This document shows, in pieces, positions 23,938 through 32,690 of a stretch of 64,000 nt of DNA. The position numbers were made by a program, and so were the translations under genes. Where the stretch lies: positions 303,055 through 367,054 of the forward strand of contig CAWIQM010000003.1 in NCBI GenBank assembly GCA_963838245.1. The letters are read 5' to 3'. The notes below the pieces were generated by a model. That model searched no databases, had not been told where the DNA came from, and saw only the letters and a program-made list of their open reading frames with translations. Position 1 is the stretch's first letter. Each line of letters begins with the position of its first letter. Origin of the DNA: an uncultured Acidobacteriaceae bacterium (GTDB taxonomy: Bacteria > Acidobacteriota > Terriglobia > Bryobacterales > Bryobacteraceae).

Positions 23938-24681
23938 ATGACGAACGGCCAAACCATGCACACGCTGCCCGGATCTTCCCAATTTCCGACGACGCGGTGG
24001 ACCCTGGTGGTCGCTGCCGGCGATCCCCATCGCAAGGAAGCTCGTTCCGCGCTGGTTTCCCTATGCGAGAACTACTGGTATCCGTTGTATGCCTATCTGC
24101 GCCGGCGCGGTTATTTGGCCGAAGAGGCCCAGGATCTCACGCAGGAGTTCTTCGTGCGCGTGCTGGAGGGCCGATATCTCGATCGCGCTGATCCGGAAAA
24201 GGGCCGCTTCCGGTCCTTTATTTTGACGTCGTTGAAGTTCTTTGTGGCCGACGAAGAAGACCGCAAGCGAGCGCGCAAACGAGGCGGCGGAATGGTTGTA
24301 TCACTTGAATTCTCGTCCGGGGAAGAGCGCTACCAACGTGAGCCTGCGCACGATGAAACGCCGGAGCGGATTTTCGAGCGGCGTTGGGCGCTCGAGGTGA
24401 TTGACCGGGTCGTGGAGAAATTGCGGAACGAGTTTGTGCTTCACGGCCGGCCGGAGCATTTCGAGCGGTTGAAAGTGTTCCTTCTCGGGCAGTCCGACGC
24501 GCCGTATGCCGCGCTGGCTCAAGAGATGAACACGTCAGAAGGAGCGCTCAAGGTGGCCATTCACAGGCTTCGGAAGAGGTATCGCGAACTCTTTCGCCAG
24601 GAAATCGCCGATACTGTGGCCGATCCCGTCGAAGTGGAGTCCGAACTCCGGTTTCTAGCGGCCGTGTTGACGAGGAAGTAG
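23938..24681 (+). CDS. ECF-type RNA polymerase sigma factor (kinase-associated ECF-like family)
   Basis: 247 aa; PTTRWTLV N-terminal motif and sigma2/sigma4-like regions; immediately downstream of the kinase. Confidence 0.65.
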   Translation: MTNGQTMHTLPGSSQFPTTRWTLVVAAGDPHRKEARSALVSLCENYWYPLYAYLRRRGYLAEEAQDLTQEFFVRVLEGRYLDRADPEKGRFRSFILTSLKFFVADEEDRKRARKRGGGMVVSLEFSSGEERYQREPAHDETPERIFERRWALEVIDRVVEKLRNEFVLHGRPEHFERLKVFLLGQSDAPYAALAQEMNTSEGALKVAIHRLRKRYRELFRQEIADTVADPVEVESELRFLAAVLTRK

Positions 24682-24737
24682 CGTCGACAACGGGCTTGAA
24701 TGTGTCGCCGGGCCAGCTCGCTTGCCATCAAGGCCAA

Positions 24738-26087
24738 TCACTTGCCGATACAGAACGTCGAGAATATCCGGTTCAGAATGTCATCCGCAGTCGTCGCGCC
24801 GGTAATGGCATCCAGCGGCTGCAACGCCGCGTAAAGGTCCAGCAGCAACATCTCATGTGGAATACTGAACTCCACCGCGCGTTGCGCGTTTTCCAGCGCC
24901 TCTAAGGCCTCACGTAGCAGGTTGACATGACGCAGGCTGGTAATGCTGCCGCTCTCCGGCGTGACGAGTCCCTCGGGAGCGAGTCGCGTCAAAACTGCAC
25001 GCTTGAGTTCCTCAATGCCTTCGCCGGTGAAGGCCGAAACCTCGATCAGATCGAAGGCCGCGTGAAGTTCACCGGGCAGATCTGCTTTGCTGCCGACAAT
25101 TATTGGCTGCCGGTCCGCCAGCTTGGCAATCAGTTGCTCGTCTTCTGCGGTGAGCGGCTGCGCCAGATCCAAAACCAGCAGGGTGAGGTCGGCGTCGGCG
25201 ATGGCTTCATGGCTGCGCTCGATTCCCAACGACTCGACAAGGTCGCGGCTATCCCGGATGCCGGCGGTATCGACCAGTTTCACCGGAATGCCTTCCAGAC
25301 AAGTCGTTTCGGAGACGGTGTCGCGCGTGGTGCCTGGAATGTCAGTGACAATCGCGCGGTCCTGCTCCAGCAGGCGGTTGAAAAGGCTGCTCTTGCCGAC
25401 GTTCGGGCGGCCGACGATGGCTAGCGTGAACCCTTGAAATACCAGCTTCCCGGACTGAAAGCTGTTGATTAGATCTCGAATGCCTCGCTGGATGGGCTGC
25501 AGGCGGCGAATCACTTCATCCGGCGTTGCCACCGAGATGTCGTCCTCCGCGAAATCGATGCCCGCTTCGAGCAGTGAAATCAGTTCAACCAATTGCTCCT
25601 TCAGTGGCCGGATGCGGCGCGATACCGAGCCCTCCATCTGCTGCGCGGCGACCCGCGCCTGATAAAGCGTAGTCGCATCAATTAGCTCGCGTACCGCCTC
25701 AGCCTGGGGCAGATCAATTCGTCCGTTCAGATAGCCACGCAAGGTGAATTCGCCTGGCTCGGCAAGCCGTGCGCCGGCCGCCAGCGCCCGGTCGAGACAG
25801 AACCGCAAGACAACGGGGGAGCCATGGCAAGAGATCTCCACGACATCCTCGGCCGTGTAGGATCTTGGCCGTCCGAAGAACGAAACGACAACCTGGTCCA
25901 CCGTGGAGTTCGTTTCGTCAACGAGCTCGGCAATCTGGCTGGACCAGCTCTTCCAGTAAGCTTCGCCGTGAAACCGCAGAATCCGATCGCAGATCGCGAT
26001 GCTATCTGCGCCGGATAACCGCACAATTCCCAGGCCTCCGCGGCCCAGCGGCGTGGCGAGAGCGACGATCGTGTCGCGCAGATTCAT
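24738..26087 (-). CDS. mnmE: tRNA uridine-5-carboxymethylaminomethyl modification GTPase
   Basis: 449 aa, G-domain [13 protein letters not shown]-terminal FCIGK. Confidence 0.9.
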   Translation of the reverse strand: MNLRDTIVALATPLGRGGLGIVRLSGADSIAICDRILRFHGEAYWKSWSSQIAELVDETNSTVDQVVVSFFGRPRSYTAEDVVEISCHGSPVVLRFCLDRALAAGARLAEPGEFTLRGYLNGRIDLPQAEAVRELIDATTLYQARVAAQQMEGSVSRRIRPLKEQLVELISLLEAGIDFAEDDISVATPDEVIRRLQPIQRGIRDLINSFQSGKLVFQGFTLAIVGRPNVGKSSLFNRLLEQDRAIVTDIPGTTRDTVSETTCLEGIPVKLVDTAGIRDSRDLVESLGIERSHEAIADADLTLLVLDLAQPLTAEDEQLIAKLADRQPIIVGSKADLPGELHAAFDLIEVSAFTGEGIEELKRAVLTRLAPEGLVTPESGSITSLRHVNLLREALEALENAQRAVEFSIPHEMLLLDLYAALQPLDAITGATTADDILNRIFSTFCIGK

Positions 26088-26104
26088 GAACAGAAAACAA
26101 AAGG

Positions 26105-26722
26105 CTAGCGGCGATCACGGCCAGGGCGGCCAAATGGCCTTCGCGGCCGGTCGCCTTCGCGGCGTTGCGGCCGGTCACTACCCTCGCGGGGCCGAAATGG
26201 CCGCGTCGGGATAGGCGGCGCGGGCGGGGTCGGCATATCAGCCGGGACAATCACAACCGCCCGGTGTGGGCCCACGCCCAAGCTCTCACTGCGCAGTTCT
26301 TTTTCATCTCGCAATGCCAAGTGGATGACCCGGCGCTCGCGGCTGGTCATCGGGTTGAAGTGGAACGGCGTGTGGGTGCGTTTCACCTTCTCCGCCGCGG
26401 CGAGTGCGCTCATGCGCAACTCTTCAATCCTCAGCAATCGATAATCATTGGCGTCGAATGAAAGCAGCGAGTGGTCTTCTGCCGGAACTCGCAGTGCCTC
26501 CATGGACAGGTGTTCCAGTGCAAGCAATAGCTCGCCACGGTTTGCCAGCAGCAGGTCCACATCGTTTCCTGAGAACTTGATCGTCACTTCCGGATTCTCA
26601 ACCTCCGGATGCGGGCTCTTCGTCTCGCTGAGCTCATACTCCAGTTCGAATCCCGCCCTGGACAATATGGGTTGAAGAAACTGGTCCAGCTTCGGCTTCA
26701 TCGACTCGATGGTGTATTTCAT
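26105..26722 (-). CDS. jag: RNA-binding protein Jag/KhpB (KH + R3H domains)
   Basis: 205 aa; conserved position downstream of yidC; R3H-like C-terminal region, Arg-rich tail. Confidence 0.7.
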   Translation of the reverse strand: MKYTIESMKPKLDQFLQPILSRAGFELEYELSETKSPHPEVENPEVTIKFSGNDVDLLLANRGELLLALEHLSMEALRVPAEDHSLLSFDANDYRLLRIEELRMSALAAAEKVKRTHTPFHFNPMTSRERRVIHLALRDEKELRSESLGVGPHRAVVIVPADMPTPPAPPIPTRPFRPREGSDRPQRREGDRPRRPFGRPGRDRR

Positions 26723-26726
26723 GCGT

Positions 26727-28418
26727 TTATTTCTTGCTGACCCTCTTCACGGGCGCTTTCGCTGCGGGCGGTGGCGGCGTGGGCATGGGCATGAAGCGAT
26801 TGATGATCATCTGCTGGAGAACACCCACCACGTTGCCGGTTAACCAATATAGTACAAGGCCGGCCGACGCGTAGTAGAACATGAAGCCAAATATCAACGG
26901 CATGAACATCATCATTTTCTGTTGATTAGGGTCGACGCCTGCGGCCGGAGTCATGCGCTGCATCAGGAATTGCGTTGCGACAAGAATCAACGGCAACAAG
27001 TGAATGGGCAGCGTCTCTGCGCGAGAAAGGTCCGTGACCCATAGCCAGGGCGCGCCCCGAAGCTCAATCGCAATATTCAGCACCCGGTAGAAGGCATAGA
27101 AGAAAGGCAATTGCACCAGCATCGGCAGACAGCCACCGACGGGATTGACGCCGTTTTCTTTGTAGAGCGCCATCACCTCCTGGTTCTGCTCAGCCTTGCG
27201 TGGATCCCGCATGCTGATGTCTTTGTATTTCGCGTTGATTGCTTGGATCTTCGGCTGCAGCGCCTGCATTCTGCGGGCGGAACGGAGACTCGTGAACTTC
27301 AAGGGCAACAACAGGAAGTTGATGATGGCGGTGACCAGGATAATCGCCCAGCCAAAATTATGGGTCCAATTATCGTTCACCCAGTTCAGGCACAAGAACA
27401 GCGGCTTCGCGATGATTCCAAAAAATCCCCAGTCAACCAGTTGCGCAAGCTTCGGATTCACCTGGCGAAGAATGTCGATATCTTTCGGGCCTACAAAGAC
27501 CGAAAGCCGGTTCTGAACACCACTAGCCACGCCGGCGCCCGCGTAAGGCTGCGGCTTATCCTCGCCGGGTGGAGTCAATGGATCGTCGTAGGTGCGGAGT
27601 TCCATCGTGGGCGAATCAACTGGCAGCGCGACCGCCGCAAAAAAATTGTCTTGTATGCCAGCAAAGGTGAAGGCTCCGACTTCCGTCAACGGCCCATCTT
27701 TGGCGTCCTTCGCCGTCTTCTCAACCAGCTTGTTGTTGGCTGTATCGAAATGAACGGTGTGTTCCTGGGCGATGGCATTTCGGACCGTCTGGTCTCCAAA
27801 GCCACCACGCCAGGTCAGCAGGTGCGAAAGAGGCGTGCCATTGTAAGTGACCTCCGAACGCACTTCTGACAGGTAGCCCGACTTCGTGAACTGCACGGAC
27901 TTCTTGATCGATGTCTTGCCGTCCGAGAACTCGAACTCAGCGCCAAGTTTGTCCTCGGTCGGTTTAACAACATACAGTACGTTGTTAGGATCCGTGCTGG
28001 CAGTCTGGCCCTTCAGGTCAATCGCGAAAGGACCAGGCAGACTCGCGGCCGCGGGATTCACCAGGTTGAGCGGTTTTCCATCGCTGTCCTTGTACTTCTT
28101 GAGCAGCCAGCTTCTTACTAAGCCGCCCTTGTTGGTTAGAGTGATGGTGTAAACGTCTGTGTCGATCACCGTCATCGCTTCGGCGGTGCCTTGTACCGGC
28201 TCCAATCCGCCCGCGGCCGTAGCAGACAACGCCTCAGCTGGCTTCGCAGCCTCCGGTTCCGCAGCCCTCTGCGCGACAGAGGTAACCGGCTTGGGAGATG
28301 GCGCCGGCTTAAAGAAGTATTGCGTGCCGAGGAACACCAGCATGGTCAGCGCGAAGAACAGAAACAGGCGCTTCTCCATAGACATCTCCGGTCTCGGACT
28401 TCCAGACGGTTCAGGCAT
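26727..28418 (-). CDS. yidC: membrane protein insertase YidC
   Basis: 563 aa; periplasmic domain plus conserved C-terminal 5-TM core (…NFGWAIILVTAIINFLLLPL…). Confidence 0.9.
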   Translation of the reverse strand: MPEPSGSPRPEMSMEKRLFLFFALTMLVFLGTQYFFKPAPSPKPVTSVAQRAAEPEAAKPAEALSATAAGGLEPVQGTAEAMTVIDTDVYTITLTNKGGLVRSWLLKKYKDSDGKPLNLVNPAAASLPGPFAIDLKGQTASTDPNNVLYVVKPTEDKLGAEFEFSDGKTSIKKSVQFTKSGYLSEVRSEVTYNGTPLSHLLTWRGGFGDQTVRNAIAQEHTVHFDTANNKLVEKTAKDAKDGPLTEVGAFTFAGIQDNFFAAVALPVDSPTMELRTYDDPLTPPGEDKPQPYAGAGVASGVQNRLSVFVGPKDIDILRQVNPKLAQLVDWGFFGIIAKPLFLCLNWVNDNWTHNFGWAIILVTAIINFLLLPLKFTSLRSARRMQALQPKIQAINAKYKDISMRDPRKAEQNQEVMALYKENGVNPVGGCLPMLVQLPFFYAFYRVLNIAIELRGAPWLWVTDLSRAETLPIHLLPLILVATQFLMQRMTPAAGVDPNQQKMMMFMPLIFGFMFYYASAGLVLYWLTGNVVGVLQQMIINRFMPMPTPPPPAAKAPVKRVSKK

Positions 28419-28451
28419 GATTCACACTCATTGATTTCTGTGGTCCACCTA

Positions 28452-28661
28452 TTAGGTGACCGGGTCGAAGCCGCCCTCGTGAAAAGGATGACAGCGCGCC
28501 AGTCGCTTCATACCCATCCAAACACCGCGCACTGCGCCGTATTTTGCGACGGCCTGCATCATGTATTCGGAACAGGTAGGCGAGTAACGGCACGCCGAAG
28601 GCAAGAACGGCGACACGAACCTTTTGTAGCCCTGCAACAGGGCGATCAGGACTTTTTGCAT
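28452..28661 (-). CDS. yidD: membrane protein insertion efficiency factor YidD
   Basis: 69 aa, [22 protein letters not shown] motif. Confidence 0.85.
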   Translation of the reverse strand: MQKVLIALLQGYKRFVSPFLPSACRYSPTCSEYMMQAVAKYGAVRGVWMGMKRLARCHPFHEGGFDPVT

Positions 28662-29047
28662 CGCAGAAGTACACGGCTCACCTCGCTCGATAGGTCATCA
28701 AAGGGTGCATCCAGTGCAGCGCGGCGAGGATTGAAGACGATTGCCCAATCTTCCTCTAATTGTGACAGGTGAGCACGCACGGCTTCGCGCATGCGCCGCT
28801 TGAGACGGTTCCGGAGAACAGCATTTCCCAGGGCCCGGGGCAAGGTAAAGCCCACTCGCGACGGTTGCCCGTGGCCTTCTAGCGATAGAAAGAATGCTGC
28901 AAAGTAACGGGAGGTCACGCGAACACCGGCTTGGTAGACCTTTCGGAACTCGGCGGACCGTAGGACTCGTCTTTCCTTGGGAAGCGTCAGGGGAGTAACG
29001 GCAAAAGAAAACCGCGGACTACCTGGATTCGCGCACGGCGCGCTCAT
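28646..29047 (-). CDS. rnpA: ribonuclease P protein component (start uncertain; may begin downstream of the rpmH stop)
   Basis: [18 protein letters not shown]… ; typical rpmH-rnpA-yidD-yidC order. Confidence 0.8.
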   Translation of the reverse strand: MSAPCANPGSPRFSFAVTPLTLPKERRVLRSAEFRKVYQAGVRVTSRYFAAFFLSLEGHGQPSRVGFTLPRALGNAVLRNRLKRRMREAVRAHLSQLEEDWAIVFNPRRAALDAPFDDLSSEVSRVLLRCKKS

Positions 29048-29186
29048 CGCTCACGGTCAGCTTGTGACGACCTTTAGCGCGGCGGCGCGCCAGAACAGCG
29101 CGACCGTCGGCAGTCTTCATCCGCACTCGGAATCCATGCGTCTTTGCCCGCTTACGATTGTTGGGCTGAAACGTACGTTTTGGCAT
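29021..29186 (-). CDS. rpmH: 50S ribosomal protein L34
   Basis: Not in ORF table (<60 aa). Manual translation of the minus strand gives [48 protein letters not shown]…, with AGGA RBS upstream. Confidence 0.85.
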
Positions 29187-29440
29187 AACGAATCCTAACT
29201 TATTGAAATCTCTTGACTGGGGAACAGCACTCTGCGGTGGTAGGCAGAATCAGGCGATGGCCGCGCAGGCACACTACTGACAATCCACTGAACCCTAAGC
29301 ATTGAGTATAGCGGGCGGCTTCGAGCCGTGTCAAATGAACCCTCCCTGCCGTCCGCCCAGGGAATTCAGCCGAACTTATTGCTGTCGGGTGCGGCCTATG
29401 GCATTCCAATTCGGCACCGGAGTGGAAGAATGGAAAAGAG

Positions 29441-30847
29441 ATGGCTCTGCACATAGAGTCCGCCGCCGACGCCGCCCAGTACCTGGAAGACGCGTCCGGG
29501 CAGCGCGGGACCGCCGACCGCGCATTCGCCCCGGCCGACATCAGGGCGCTCTGCGAGGTTCTGCGTGAGGCATCAGCCGGCCATACACCTGTGACCATCG
29601 CGGGTGCGCGCACCGGCCTCACGGCAGGGGCCGTACCGCAAGGGGGCTGGGTCGTCTCACTTGAACGCTTCAACCGCCTGTCCATCCGAACTGGCTCAGC
29701 CCGGGCCGGCACGGGCGTCTCGCTACGGCAGATCCAGCGCGAAGCCGCCTCGAGCGGCCAGTTCTTTCCACCAGACCCCACGGAGACGTTGGCGTCGCTA
29801 GGTGGAGCAATCAGCAATAACGCCAGCGGCTCGCGGAGCTTTCGGTATGGGCCCATCCGCCGGCACGTGCTCGCGCTGCAAGTGGTGCTGATGGACGGCC
29901 GCATTCTGAATGTTTCGCGAGGCGACAAGGTGGACTTCCCCACAGTGGTCATCCCACTGCCCAACACCACTAAGCACTCCGCCGGCTACTATCTGCGGCC
30001 TGACTTGGATTGGATCGACCTGTTCATCGGTAGTGAAGGGACGCTGGGCATCATCACAGAAGCCGAAGTCCGCCTCCTCCCTGTGCCGGCTGCCCTTCTT
30101 GCCGGAGTCGTCTTCTTTGAACACGACAATGCCGCCTTGGCTGCCGTTCGAGCGTGGCGCTCCATTGAAGGTCTGCGCATGCTCGAGTACATGGATGCCG
30201 GATCATTGAACTTGCTCCGAATGAAATATGCGGAGATACCGTTGGGCGCACGCGCGGCGCTCCTGGTGGAGCAAGAGCTTTCCGTTGGACCCGGCCAGGA
30301 ACCGGCGGAGTCTCAGGCCGCCGATTTCTGGAGCGATCAACTAACCGCCTACTCGGGTTTCGACACTTCCTGGTTTGGATCGACCTCGCTGGATCGCGAG
30401 CGATTTCGCGTCTTTCGCCATACACTCCCCGAAGAGGTGAACAAGCTCGTTCGTAAGAACGGAATACAGAAGCTTGGTACGGACTATGCGGTTCCCATCG
30501 ACCGCAATGAAGTGATTCTGGACTACTACCGAAAGCGCTGCAATGCGTCATTCCCTGGACAGTACGTTCTCTTCGGACACATTGGCGACGCTCATCTGCA
30601 TGTGAACCTGCTTCCCGCGGATAAAGCACGCGTCACGCTCGCAAACGAGTTGATTGTCGACTTTGCGCGAATGGCGGTTGCACTCGGCGGAACGGTCGGC
30701 GCTGAACATGGACTTGGCAAGCGCAAAGCTCATCTCCTTCCACTCCTGTATTCCGCCGAACAAATACAGGCTATGCGCGATGTCAAGAGCCACCTTGACC
30801 CACAATGGTTACTCGGACGCGGAACGTTATTTCCTTTTAATGAATAA
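29441..30847 (+). CDS. FAD-binding oxidoreductase (GlcD/D-lactate dehydrogenase-like FAD-linked oxidase)
   Basis: 468 aa; FAD_binding_4 N-terminal domain and C-terminal oxidase domain ending HGLGKRKAHLLP. Confidence 0.7.
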   Translation: MALHIESAADAAQYLEDASGQRGTADRAFAPADIRALCEVLREASAGHTPVTIAGARTGLTAGAVPQGGWVVSLERFNRLSIRTGSARAGTGVSLRQIQREAASSGQFFPPDPTETLASLGGAISNNASGSRSFRYGPIRRHVLALQVVLMDGRILNVSRGDKVDFPTVVIPLPNTTKHSAGYYLRPDLDWIDLFIGSEGTLGIITEAEVRLLPVPAALLAGVVFFEHDNAALAAVRAWRSIEGLRMLEYMDAGSLNLLRMKYAEIPLGARAALLVEQELSVGPGQEPAESQAADFWSDQLTAYSGFDTSWFGSTSLDRERFRVFRHTLPEEVNKLVRKNGIQKLGTDYAVPIDRNEVILDYYRKRCNASFPGQYVLFGHIGDAHLHVNLLPADKARVTLANELIVDFARMAVALGGTVGAEHGLGKRKAHLLPLLYSAEQIQAMRDVKSHLDPQWLLGRGTLFPFNE

Positions 30848-31022
30848 CTCGAATCAAGATTTTCAGTAATTACCATCTTGACGAAACCCGCCTTCACGTT
30901 TAGACTCAAGAACGGTAGGTAAACCCATGATGACCACACGCCAAATGACGAGGTTCAAAAAGCCTCTCTGGCACGGCCTCCCTGAAGGACCGTGTGCCGG
31001 CGCGTGCGCATCTACCGACCGC

Positions 31023-31095
31023 CTCGATATAGCTCAACGGGTAGAGCAACAGACTCGTAATCTGTGGGTCGCGGGTTCGATTCCCGCTATCGAAT
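31023..31095 (+). tRNA. tRNA-Thr (anticodon CGT)
   Basis: Cloverleaf CTCGATA-TA-GCTCAACGGGTAGAGC-A-ACAGA-CTCGTAA-TCTGT-GGGTC-GCGGG-TTCGATT-CCCGC-TATCGAA-T. Anticodon loop CTCGTAA. No encoded CCA. C1·A72 mismatch at the top of the acceptor stem. Confidence 0.7.
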
Positions 31096-31427
31096 TGGTC
31101 CTGACACGGCCAACTCTGTAAAGCCAGCCTGCTTCTGAATTCCCGTCCAGCAAGTACTCAAGGCAAGACCGCCCCGGCGATTGAGCCCCAAGTGACTGTA
31201 AGCGGTTTCAACACTCTGCAAGAAGTTGAAACTGTTGCCGGGTCTCAGGTTCCGCCTCTCATTTCACCGCGGCTACCCGTGCTGACTTGGGGCCGGCGAC
31301 TTGAGCCACCGGCAACTATGACTCCCTTCCGTGAGGAGACCGCGGGCGGCGAGTTCAGACGGCAGGCAATGAATAACAACTAATAACTGATATGTAACTA
31401 AGAAACGACTAACCAAGAGGTGTCTAT

Positions 31428-32573
31428 ATGTTGTGGAAGAAGATCATCGTAGGTGACCAGGAGCGTGTCCTGATCGCGAAGAACGGCCGATTCAACACGA
31501 TTCTCGCGCCCGGCGAGTATCGCCTGTTCGTGGCGCCCACCGTCCACCTGGAAGTGGAGAAGCACTTTACGAATTCCCTCATCTTCCAGAGCACGTGGGC
31601 AGACTACCTGGTAAAGGAGCGGCCGCAGCTGGTGGCCGATCTCTTCACGGTGGTGGAAACTACCGATACGCAGGTGGCCATGGTGTACGTTGACGGCAAG
31701 CTGTTCAAGGTGCTTGCGCCGGCGAAGCGCGCTTTGTTCTGGCGTGGTTTGTCCGACGTGTCGGCCGAGGTCGTGGATGTGATCGATGAACCGTCGATCC
31801 CACTCGCGAAGCTGCCGGCATTGGAGCGGCTGGGGCGTGAGTCGCTGGCCACGTTCAGCGTCGTGGAGGAGGCAAGGGTCGGCCTGTTGTATCTTGACAA
31901 CCGGCTGACCCGAACTCTTACGCCCGGTAAGTACGGGTTTTGGGCGGTAACCGGCAACCCGCGTGTCGAGGTTGTCGATCTACGCCTGCAGACCCTTGAA
32001 GTGCCGGGCCAGGAGATTCTCTCGAAGGATAAGGTCTCGCTGCGTGTCAACATTCTCGCTGAGTTTCAGGTCATCGACGCGATCAAAGCCAAGCAGATGG
32101 TGAAGGATTTCACCGATTACCTGTACCGGCTTTTGCAGCGTGCCGTGCGCCAGACGCTTGGTCGCAAGACGCTGGAAGAGATTCTCGCCGACAAGACCGA
32201 CGTAGACGAGTCCGTTGCGGAGGCCGTTCGGACCGAGATGAGCGTGATGGGTGTCCAGGTTGGCGCCATCTCGCTGAAGGACATTATTCTGCCTGGAGAC
32301 GTGCGCGAAATCATGAACCAGGTGGTATCCGCGGAAAAGCAGGCGCAGGCGAACCTCATCCGCCGGCGCGAGGAAACGGCCGCCACGCGCTCGCTGTTGA
32401 ACACGGCGAAGCTGTTGGAGGATAACCCTATCCTGGTGCGCTTGAAGGAACTGGAGACGCTGGAAAAACTGGTCGAGAAGGTTGACCGGGTCAGCGTAAA
32501 CGGTGGCTTCGAGGGCCTGCTCGAGAACCTGATGGACCTACAGGCTGCCGGCCCGAAGCGCGGTGCGAAGTAA
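31428..32573 (+). CDS. SPFH/band-7 (stomatin/flotillin-like) domain protein
   Basis: 381 aa; C-terminal half has SPFH core (…VSLRVNILAEFQVIDA…IILPGDVREIMNQVVSAEKQAQANLIRRREETAA…) and coiled-coil. Confidence 0.7.
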   Translation: MLWKKIIVGDQERVLIAKNGRFNTILAPGEYRLFVAPTVHLEVEKHFTNSLIFQSTWADYLVKERPQLVADLFTVVETTDTQVAMVYVDGKLFKVLAPAKRALFWRGLSDVSAEVVDVIDEPSIPLAKLPALERLGRESLATFSVVEEARVGLLYLDNRLTRTLTPGKYGFWAVTGNPRVEVVDLRLQTLEVPGQEILSKDKVSLRVNILAEFQVIDAIKAKQMVKDFTDYLYRLLQRAVRQTLGRKTLEEILADKTDVDESVAEAVRTEMSVMGVQVGAISLKDIILPGDVREIMNQVVSAEKQAQANLIRRREETAATRSLLNTAKLLEDNPILVRLKELETLEKLVEKVDRVSVNGGFEGLLENLMDLQAAGPKRGAK

Positions 32574-32690
32574 TCCGCATCGAACGTGAATGGCCGGGCA
32601 ACGTGAAGCATGACGGGCCCACTCCCTTAGGGGAGCCGGGTCCGTCTGCCCTTCTGATCACATGGTCTTTCGTCTGTCCCGTTACCATCG

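Noticed and set aside
29200-29970. 256-aa minus-strand ORF between rpmH and the FAD oxidase
   Set aside because: Overlaps the well-supported FAD-oxidase gene in antisense and has no recognisable features. The intergenic 29187-29440 was also scanned for DnaA boxes / oriC signature; none convincing.
30927-31121. 64-aa ORF MMTTRQMTRF…
   Set aside because: Overlaps the tRNA-Thr gene; spurious.
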